NCBI GenBank assembly: GCA_973895155.1
Contig: OZ316897.1
Span: 22,233,455 to 22,297,454 of the forward strand
Source: Marsupella aquatica
Lineage: Eukaryota; Plantae; Marchantiophyta
Direction of reading: 5' to 3'
Length of the DNA: 64,000 bases
The first letter of the stretch is position 1, and every line of letters starts with the position of its first letter. The position numbers and the translations under genes were made by a program. The notes beneath the pieces are model-generated. The model had not been told where the DNA came from. It did no database searches and saw nothing but the letters and a program-made list of their open reading frames with translations. This document shows, piece after piece, positions 38,301 through 47,416 of this stretch.

Positions 38301-38430
38301 CCGGTGCAGGTGCTCCTGGTGACTGGAATTCGGGTAACAATGTGCGAGGGGTCACTACTAATTTTGCAGCATCCGAATTACTGGAGGTCTTGGTAGGTTT
38401 TCTTTTATTCGGTGGATCTCCCTCAGACAT
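35377..38430 (-). CDS. gag: gag-protease of the nested element, 1017 aa
   Basis: Retrotrans_gag-like core; three CCHC knuckles (CTRCSQQGHYPNEC, CWNCGQPDHYSPQC, CGNCGKEGHLPVEC); protease VDGGASVN...LLGRPWL. Confidence 0.93.
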   Translation of the reverse strand: MSEGDPPNKRKPTKTSSNSDAAKLVVTPRTLLPEFQSPGAPAPGSVWKQVGSIQEASGSLERPTSTRPLFVNLRSGPKLIGSQKTKLRQQTVRSVNQIDSGVDSTTERALSHTEGRNLGLPENTVAESLAQDNSVDLSQLDNPEPLSEAGGSSSSKTSSSSGLGSPNPFATRSALPFVTLLAPTTMARNNVRYDRFFGTSKEDAEVYLKEFEAAAASNGQSQDAEKANLFGGLMKKGAQKWYDRFPDKQDWGKLKAAFLAKYKEEGAAARAFARISHLHMKKHGSVRKYADKLLDLVDQYNPATSKSTIKDWFINGLPSRIARYVRREGGTTLEEVQEAAQKYVDSEISERKRVKKDLKKDKRKKKKTSRSKSDSETESSESSTSEEDESTNSSTSDSSSSSSDSESVAPKKKKSSVKGNNKVPNQKKMDRMMEELSGQLSKLNVNIAAVKPVRRLPAPMRMNVWCTRCSQQGHYPNECPTLRTPVNYVDGQEEAEEYEYDPTYTVQTAPPGQYFPPPPASRPTWGPPKPTFNKPTSRPPMGPPGGYPPRGMPRQKGACWNCGQPDHYSPQCPYPKQEVGYTPVCGNCGKEGHLPVECPNPAKPRLMVRFAQEPVKEASRPEAKIRMVYSEEMEQCSFIQHMDVNRVELKPDSLFHQPVSGVVPDVLVSHLVKPEVVGMPNDRVQNRDKVLTNIYATTRSKKKETKKHEHQKVAKAPKDEGRKPCKEGLDKEDDPAYDRYDPKYFLPDISLEVKDHLEELVKEQVQSPNPPVVVKAKEPLKNPGYDIVEDVKNHPAHITIGELLQDNPVYRRQLRSLLAGKRRKKKLPSVDVLRTEWEDKGPMEIEVQIQGCVIRRVPVDGGASVNLITQSAAFNLGFTKFEPTPKILRMADQSRVVPIGKLTKVETLIAGVPFLLDYVVINPEIPSSFPVLLGRPWLYKAQVQVNWQSQELSFGKPKVTVSWVPEPHFGETQTDDGYTSDFSTSSLVLQPLEFELEEVRYLEVYLSDAPIKPTRPS

Positions 38431-39624
38431 CCCTCATTCTCCAAGCACGGGTGATTTTGAGACACCAGACCCGCTCCTCAGGAGTCTTTATGCAAGGAGT
38501 CACCATTTAGGTGCGACGTTATCACCCCACTCCGGGAGATATGAACCTGCTTCCTCAAAGTGACTTCCCGTAGCGTCGTTCAACATCCCTTGCATGATTC
38601 CTCCCCCTTGCTATCCCGTAGCTAATACTTCCCTTCAGTGACCAGCCGAGATTCTAAAACCTCGTTTTCTCTGGTGCGTCCTTCAGGTTGAGACGCGGAA
38701 AGGCACACCAGAAGCGTCGCGCACGTTGGTTCGTCACAGATTCCACCGGACGCTGCTCACAGCGTCCACTGGGATCGGACGCTACTCGAAGCGTCCTGAC
38801 TTGCGGAATCTTCTGGGACGAATCGCATTGGACGCTCTTCGCGGCGTCCTTCCTTATCTCCTTTACGGTGGCGATTACTGGAACCGGGCGTTCCCCATAA
38901 TCTCCGACTTCCTTCACCCTGAAATTTCTTTACCACATGGTACGCTACACTAGGCCATCCTACTAATCAGACGTCTAACTCCTTCCTAATCTTCTACGCA
39001 ATTCCTGGTGCATGATTCTTTCCGCTAACTCCCGAATGGAAATGACTAAATATCACTCCTGTGTGATCCTACCATTCAGCCTTAATATTACTAAATGCAA
39101 ACTTTCATCTTCCCACCAGGTGATAGTTAACCAATGTATGCCATTCCTCCCTCTCAGGCTCAGAACCCAAGAATTAACATAACGATTCCTCAAATTCCTA
39201 ATTCTTAATGTTCCCAAAGATCGGATAGGTGGCATCGGTCACACGAACCAGGATGGTTGGACAATTTTACAAATCATACGTCCCGAGCAACGTTAGAATA
39301 ACTTCACTTGTCACTCAAAGTGTCTTTGGTGTCTTCGACTATCTCCAAAGCAACTTGACGAGCAACAGCTCCTCTCTGTGAGGCCTTTTCTGGTGGGAGG
39401 GCGGTTTCTTCTCTTAAGTTTGGCACCACAAATTTTTCCAATACTCTTAAGAGAGCTTCCGGGGCGCTTTGGATAGAGTACGGCATCACCTCGAAATGGA
39501 AGCTCTTCATCTTTTTAACTGGAGTGATGACGCATCTTCACAATTATAGTAGAACGTGAATTCCTCTCCCGTCTAGCTCCTTCTGGCATACACTGCCTGT
39601 ACGTCAATTCAATCTTAAATTCGT

Positions 39625-39642
39625 TCCCCGGCAGCGGCGCCA
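39625..39642 (-). other. Primer-binding site TGGCGCCGCTGCCGGGGA (tRNA-Asp type)
   Basis: 6 nt from the 5' LTR; matches the Athila-type PBS complementary to the 3' end of plant tRNA-Asp (sequence recalled, not aligned). Confidence 0.85.
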
Positions 39643-39648
39643 AAAAGA

Positions 39649-41038
39649 TGTCGTATAGTGCTAAGTATCAAAAGTGACTCTCCTCACCTAAAACCAGGGT
39701 TTCGATCCCTTTAAGAACAGATTTCAGAATGAATTGTATAACTTTTATCACTCCGAGTGATTTAGAGTCTTGAGCTCTATGTTGACTTCACTTCTCAATA
39801 AAAAAATCGAATAAACAAACAACAAAGTAACTGAACTTCTGATTTATGAATTAGAGAAGAAATGAGTAAGGATTTAGAGACTACAAGCTGCTACTGCCAC
39901 TCCTTCAGAAAGGATTTGGGCTCAGTATAGACATGAAATCTATCTCATAATTCATCCATCTCACTCTTCAAAACACAAAGGTTAATGATAATGGAATTCT
40001 CAATCTGATAAAGCAGAAGCTTTCTGATTGCAAATGAATGATATGATTTAAAATGCCGTCAACATGGTTTGACATCAGCGATACGCAATTCAGTCAAACT
40101 CTAAACCATATTCCAGAATCAAAGCAACAGTACTAACTACTCTGAGAATCAGAATTTACTTCTCATTTATCATTAACTATTCTTGAATTGGCTAGCGAAT
40201 CCTGACTCTGCAAGCAAGCCTAGCAGTGAATTCAATACGAGTTTCAGAAATCTGCAACTGAATTCAATCACCACAGGAATCTCTTGAATTCAATCTTAAC
40301 TTCAATCAATATAGCTTTACTTCCATACAAAACACTCACAGCATGCCTTGTTACAATGGAAGGAGGAGAAAACTATTCAGAAGACTCAATTCTGAATACA
40401 GTATTAACTCTATTTCTCTCTACTTCAAATGAGCATTCTACTCTGTCTTATAAGTGCTGGAATCCTAAAATGGAGGAGGTAAGAACAGTCGTGCCTTTCC
40501 AAGCTTAAAACTAAACAAAGGAGAAGCACAGCATAAGTACTTCAACAAGTGTGGTAGAATACTACTTTACTAGTAATCTACTTCAAAAACTAAGTGTTGA
40601 GCGGACGCTGCTAGAAGCGTCGGGAGAATCTGGACGCTGCTAGAAGCGTCTTAAGTAAAACCAACGGACGCTGCTCACACTGCTCACAGCGTCAATACTA
40701 GGGTGGACGCTGCTCACAGCGTCGTGTGTTGAAGCTGACGCTTTCCACAGCGTCGGTCGAAATCCTCATAGAGTCTTGGTGGCGGTCGGGCACTGCCAAA
40801 AGCGTCATGAGGAGGTTGGACGCTTCCGCAGCGTCTTGAGTAAAAGAAACGGGCGCTGGTCACAGCATCGGGCAAAGTACACTAGGAATCGTCAGGAAAG
40901 CCGGAGATGTCAAATATTTCTATAAGTGTCCAGAACAAGTAAATGTTGGCCGGAAGGTGTCTAAAGTGTAAGTAAATCTTGTGATATGCTAAAAATAAAC
41001 AAGTTTCCAGAAAAAATTGCAGGGACACCCATACCACA
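39649..41038 (-). repeat. 5' LTR of the nested element
   Basis: 1390-bp direct repeat of 27491-28880, adjacent to the PBS. Confidence 0.97.
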
Positions 41039-43165
41039 GAGTTGGCCCATGCACATTATGAGGCCAGTATTGCGCGTCCACCGCGATCCAGGTACCAGGC
41101 TGCTGCTCCTACACTGGCCACTCCTTCCCGTGTGCCACAGTATGGTTCCAAGACCAAGCCAACACATGTTGCTTTCATGCTGCCATCTTGCAACTACTGT
41201 GGTAACCCTAATCACAAGGCTAATGAATGTGAGATTGTTGCTGAGGACCTGTCTTGTGATTTTTGCGGGAAAGTGGGCCACTTGGAGGCAGTTTGTTTTG
41301 CCAAATTCCCCGAGAGGAAGCAGCTACGACAGCAGGCCACTCATCCTGCTCCTATTTCAACTCCCCCACCAGCTAGGAGGGCTCCTACTGCATCAGTTGC
41401 TCCTCCTTCCAGTGGCAAAGCATCCAGTGCTAACAAATTGCCCAAGCAGCAACAAAAGCAACCCGCTCAGAAGGAGGCTCACAACGCACAGGCAACTCAA
41501 CTCCAGTCTCTGACTCATGAGGTTGAGTCATTACGTGCCCAACTTGCCAACATCAAAGGCAAGTCCACTGCCTCTGTTGTTCCTTCTCAACCGGCTGGTC
41601 ACGTGCAACCCATCCCTGGCCCAGGCACCTCTGACAGTTCAGCACCCCTACCCCGCTCTTTCTATGGCTTGCCATTTGATGCTCATATGGGTGAGTGTGT
41701 GTTGTCCTCTGCTCCACAGCCTGGCCTTACAGCAGAATTTTCAGATTCATTCGGCCCTTCCTATTTTGCTTACCAGCAGGCCAGTGCTGCCTCCCGTATT
41801 GCTCCCACACGCCGCATTGTACAAGCTGATGGTCTTGCTGCTGGTCCTATGACTAGAGCCAGGGGAGCTCGGGCTGTCATGCCCCAATCTTTTCAGCCAC
41901 TCACACTTGCTGAAGAGCGCACCTTGTTGGCGAGGGGGGAGGGAGCTACAGCTACATCCATTCCACCACCAGGTGCTGCTGACATTTCACAGGGAGTTGT
42001 TTTTCCTGAGCTGCTTGAGCATTTCACCTCCGGTATGGCACAAAGGATTCTTACCACTCCACTTTTTAGTTGCCATGATTTACAACTGGATGCTAGAGCT
42101 ATCATCAGAGCGCTAGAGGGCTCACTGCATTCTTCATCAGCCCCTGTGACACCGGTTTTGGAGGTCCAATCTCATGTTAATACTGGACCTTCTTCTTCTC
42201 CATTGCATGCTTCCACTGGTTTGGCTATCCCAGTACAGATTTCCAGTGGTAGAGATGACAGTATTGCTGTAGATTGTGTGACCAGAGCTACACTTGATTC
42301 TGGTCATGCTGCTCCATCTTTCCTGGCTATGCTGTTGAGTGGGAAGACCATGGACACTAACTCCCTTCACAAGGTACCTCATCATCTGCCAAAAGTGGTG
42401 CCTAGTGATAGGACTTTAGTTTCCACCACCATTGCCATTGTTGACAACAGGAATTCAGCAGTCAAGTTGGAGGGTCACACTCCTCAGGTGGTCATGCTAG
42501 ACACAGGCGCTCAACGAGTAATCTTGGGCATTCAGTTTGCCAAGAAGATGGGACTGCTAACTGATCATTTATAGCAATCCAGGTGGCACATTCGGACTGC
42601 TAGTGGCACTGTGGAGGATGTGTTGGGTGAGAGTTCTACTTTACTCACTCTCACTTTTAATGGAGGTACAGATCAGGAACTGCATTTCCTAGTCAGATGT
42701 TTGGTTACCAATGCCACTACGTATGATGTGCTCATTGGCCAGGAGGCTTTGTTCCCACCAGGTTTTACCATTGACAACTGGCATGAGCATGCATACTACA
42801 GAGTTGATTGGCATACGGATGGCTCACACTTGGGATACATTCCACTTGATTTGCATGGTGCCCATACCCCTATGGCTCACCACTGTGTGTTGAAAGCAGT
42901 GCACACAGCTACCTATGTCAACCACCCATTGCAGGATTGGATTGAGGAGGATGAGGATGAGGTGGCTATTGCACATGCTGCTGCACGTGTAGCAGCACTT
43001 TCCAGCAACGTGGATCATCAACCAGAGGTGGTACAACGGCTCCAAGCAGCCCATGGACCTTTGGTGGCTGCATTGCACAAATTTGAGGACCTTGGGCAGC
43101 ATAATGGACAACCAATAGCCCCAATCTTGAGCGCACCAGTTACCTGGACTCCTCCTTCAGATGGC

Positions 43166-44110
43166 CTTACATTGCTTGAGCTTTTTGGTGGCATTTCTAC
43201 AGGCCTGGAAGCTCTCCTAAAGTCTGGCATGGTGGTGAAGCAGTACATCTATGTGGATATTGATCCAAGTGCAAGGCAAGTGGCTGAATCCCGTCTGCTG
43301 GAATTTTCAGAGCGATTTCCTCAGCAGTTTCCACACAGTGCATGGAAGTCTGCATTTTCTTTCTTTCCTCCAGATATCCAGCTTGTCCAGCACCGGCACT
43401 TAACCCTTCTTGGCTCCCTTGATTTGATCATAGCTGGTTGGGAATGCCAAGGGTTTTCAGCTGCTGGTCATGGTGCTGGACTGCATGATTCTCGTTCTGG
43501 CCTTTTCACAGCATTGGTTCAGATTCTCACCTGGGCTCAATCCCTTTATCCTGCTGTTGGTTATATCATTGAGAATACTCCATCTCAGTTTGACCAGCGT
43601 CCACAGGTCAAAGAGGATTTCAGTGTGGTCCAACACTACTTGGGACCACCCCTTCTCATTGATGCAGTGCACTGTGGTTCTTATGCACATCGTCTTCGTA
43701 ACTTTTGGACTAACCTTGCACCACCTTCCTTGCTGGAGATGGCTCTTCACCACACATCCAGGGACACTAACCTTGCAGTGGACCAGATTTTGGATCCTGA
43801 CAGTTCTTGCCAACCAGTTACACGGCAAGAGCCAGCACCTTGGTATCCAGCTAATACCATTGGACAACCCCGTGCTGCTTGGCCTACATTTGTGTCCTTT
43901 CCAGGTGCACATGCTTTTCAGGGTGATGGTCCTGGGCTGGTTTATCGACATTCTACCGGTACATGGGATGAACCTAGTCCTGAGGAGAGAGAACGGGCTA
44001 TGGGCTTCCAACCCGATACTACAGGTCACACCAAAATCACCAGGCTGGCCAGGAATGCTTTACTTGGCAGGGTAATGGATCTCAATGCTCTCACTTGGCT
44101 TCTGGTCACT
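43166..44110 (+). other. C5 cytosine DNA methyltransferase domain (DNMT3/DRM-like motif style) inside the polyprotein
   Basis: Motif I LELFGGISTG, II YVDID, III PDI, IV IAGWECQGFSAAG (Cys codon 43445-43447), V GLHDSRSGLF, VI IIENT, VIII AHRLRNFWTNL, IX ERERAMGF, X RNALLGRVM; open across the whole domain. Confidence 0.9.
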
Positions 44111-47100
44111 TGCATCCTTTTTCAGATGTACATTCCTCCAGCATTAGGAGCTCCAGCCCTACCCCTCCACAGTGCTGCTACATGGCATCCAGACCAGGTG
44201 CACTTACCTCTAGTCAACACTCACCGCTTCAGTCCAAGTGTTGGGGGGGAGGAGGTCCCTTGTAATGTGGCTGACATTATTTATGAGTTTCATGGTGTGG
44301 ATCAGACTAGAGCAACAGATACAGCAGGCCTTGGAGAGGCCTCATCACCTTATCAGCAGCATGCTAGCAGCTTGGACAGTGGAGAGGCTGGCACTTCTGG
44401 CTCTTCAAGCACGAGTACATCAGGTCCTATTCCTAGTGTTGCCAACTACACATTTATCATGGGCAACCACCTGAGTAAAAGACAGAAGGACCAGCTGCTG
44501 AATTTGCTCCTCAAGCATGAGAATGTGTTTGCTTTCTCTATGAAGGACTTGGGTAAGTGCAAGACTATGCAGTTCTCCATTGAGTTGGCTGATGAAACAC
44601 CTATCTTTAGGCGGAGACACCGTTTGAGTAAGCATGAGTGGCAGCTGGTGGATGAGAGGTGCCAAGAGCTTTATGAAGCTGGTCTTATTCAGCCATCTAC
44701 ATCAGATTTTGCGGCAGCTACAGTGATGCCAGCAAAGAAGGACTCCAGTGGATTGTGGACAGAGAAGCGCATGTGTGGGGACTAGGCCATTGAACCTGGT
44801 CACACCCCAGGACAGGTACCCCATGCCGCGGCCAGAGGAGCTATTTGATAGCATTGGAGACTCAGACATCTTCACTCTTGTGGATCTAAGGCAAGGCTTC
44901 AACCAGATTTTGCTGCTTGCAAAGGATCGCAAGAAAACAGCTTTCCATGGTAGTAACCAACTATGGAAGTGGTTGGTGATGCCATTTGGCTTGAAGAATG
45001 CGCCCATATTCTTTCAAAGAGTCATGGACCAGGTTCTGCAAGGTGCTGAGTTTCTGAAATGCTACATTGATGATGTGTTGGTCCACAACAAAGGATTTGA
45101 CCAGCATCTACTTGACCTTGAGGAGCTATTCATGAGGCTTAAGAAGGTGAACCTAAAGATACACCCCAAGAAGTGTGAATTTGCTGTCAGATCAGTAGTA
45201 TATCTTGGGCATCGCATTCTTCCAAATGGAACCATGGCTCACTGGGCCAAGGTGGTATCCATCTTGGAAATGCCCACTCCTACCGATGTTCACACTTTGA
45301 GGAGTTTTATTGGGTTGTGCAATTACTACCGGATCTACATCAAAGATTTCAGTACCATTGCACACCCATTGTATGCTTTGTTGAAAAAGAATGTGACTTG
45401 GACATGGAGTACAGATGCTGAGGCAGCATTTGCCACTTTGAAGGAGAAGCTCTCAGAATAACCGGTGCTGAGAAGACCTGATTTCAACAAGGTCTTTGTG
45501 TTACACACAGATTGGAGTGCCCTTGGGATTGGTGCCATTCTGGGCCAGCATGATGAGGAAGGTAAAGAGTACGTCATTGCCTATGCATCCAGGAGCAACA
45601 ATCAGGCAGAGAGTCATTATTCTTCTTATGAGGGTGAATGCCTTGCTGTTGTGTGGGCTGTCATACATTACAGGCCCTACCTCTATGGGACCAGGTTTGT
45701 TCTCTACACCGACCACCAGCCCTTGAAGTGGTTGATGACCAACGACAAGCTTACTGGCAAGCTTGCTCGTTGGGCACTCATACTCCAGGAGTATGATTTT
45801 GAGGTAATTCATAGGCCTGGTGTGACACATCAAAATGCTGACACTATGTCCCGCAGCCCTTTGATTGCCTCTGATGATCCCTCAGATGCACGGCAGGATT
45901 TTGACCAGGTTTCCATCCTGCCTACATTTCATGCATCTACCTATCTTGCTTTGCTGCCATGCTACATTGTTGACCAACCTGTGGTGGACATATGGGAGGA
46001 CAGTGACACTCTGAGATTTCTGCAGGATGGGAGTACCCCACCCATGTTACTGCTGCCCAGAGAGACCGAATTCAGCAAAGGTCCAAGCGCTACTTGTGGA
46101 AGGGAGATCATCTTGTGCGCTGCTTGCCAGACAGGGAAGTGGTGGTTCCACCCATTCATGAGAGGGTTGGCCTTATCCGTAAGGTACATTCTGAGCTTGG
46201 TCATTTTGGTGTTAAGAGGACTTATAGCCTCTTGGTCCCCCATTATCATTGGAGAGGCATGCATGGCCAGGTTCGAGATGTTATTGCCCGGTGTGAGCAG
46301 TGTGATAGGGTAAGGACTTCTTTCACATCTTGGCAACCCACACTTCATCCACTCCCTATTCAGGGCATGTTTTATCGTTGGTCATGTGATTTTGCTGGAG
46401 AATTACCCCTCACATCTCGGGGTAATCTCTACATCATGATCATGATAGAGCATTTCTCCAAGTGGATAGAACTTGTGGCATTGCCGGATAAGACCTCCCG
46501 TAGCACCAGCTAGGCATTCTTGCAACAAGTTCTCAGCCGCTTTGGAGCTTGTGCAGAATGTCTCACTGACCAGGGCTCAGAGTTTAGAGGAGAGTTCCAG
46601 GAGCTGCTTGATCAGGCTCTCATTGATCATCGCCGGACATCCCGAGATCACCCATGGGCAGATGGCTTGGCATAGCGCATGGTTCAGACATGCAAGAAGG
46701 GCCTTCGGAAGATCTGCCTCACCAAAAACAAGGAGGATTGGGACCTGGCCTTACCCTACATTGCCATGGGGTATAGGATGTCCAGACATGCATCACTGTC
46801 TAACTTTTCTCCCTACTTCTTGTTGTTTGGTCGTCACCCAGTTCCACCTTCTGCTATTGCTTCTCACATGCTTCAGGTGGTGGACTTGGATTCAGCTGTG
46901 ACTTGGTCTGATGTGATCTCTGAGAGGGCTGCCCTATTCAGGAGGGTTATGCCCATGGCCATGGAGAATTTGGCCATTGCACAGCACAGGGACACACTGC
47001 GTTATGCACACACACGAGGGGGCACTTTTCAGCCCAAGGTCAGGAAGTTTGAAGTGGGAGATTTTTTGTACTTGCAGCGGCAAGCTAACGACACCCTGGA

Positions 47101-47281
47101 CACCTCTACCAGTCGCACTATTCTCAGGGTCAAAGCTATTCGACCGTCTGGAGTGCTAGAGTTACAAGGGGCAGATGGGCGCACAATTGCTGACAATGCC
47201 AAGAATTGCGCCCCTTGTCATCTGCCTAACCTGGATCCCACCATTGTGACTTCTACTTGGATTCCACCTGTGGACTACCCT

Positions 47282-47416
47282 TGCAAAGTGTGTTTGCGAA
47301 TTGATGATGTTGACCAGATGCTGCTGTGTGACAATTGCAATGGAGGGTACCATCTTTTCTGCCTTCGGCCTGAACTTACCCAGGTGCCAGAAGGGTTATG
47401 GTTTTGCCCTTCCTGT
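47282..47416 (+). other. PHD finger at the integrase C-terminus
   Basis: CKVC...MLLCDNCNGGYHLFCLRPELTQVPEGLWFCPSC is a canonical C4HC3 pattern, in frame with the integrase C-terminal ORF 46679-47434. Confidence 0.93.

Larger units (their letters stand above)
27491..41038 (-). mobile_element. Full-length, very young Ty3/Gypsy (Athila-like non-chromovirus) LTR retrotransposon, 13548 bp
   Basis: 1390-bp TG...CA LTRs; GAGTT TSD (27486-27490, 41039-41043); tRNA-Asp-type PBS; two PPT copies; intact gag-PR and RT-RH-IN; extra 3' ORFs. Confidence 0.97.

Noticed and set aside
42572-42580. TAG-CAA-TCC as a read-through signal in the DNMT element
   Set aside because: Imperfect CARYYA match, lies in the middle of the protease domain, and this copy has several other nonsense and frameshift lesions
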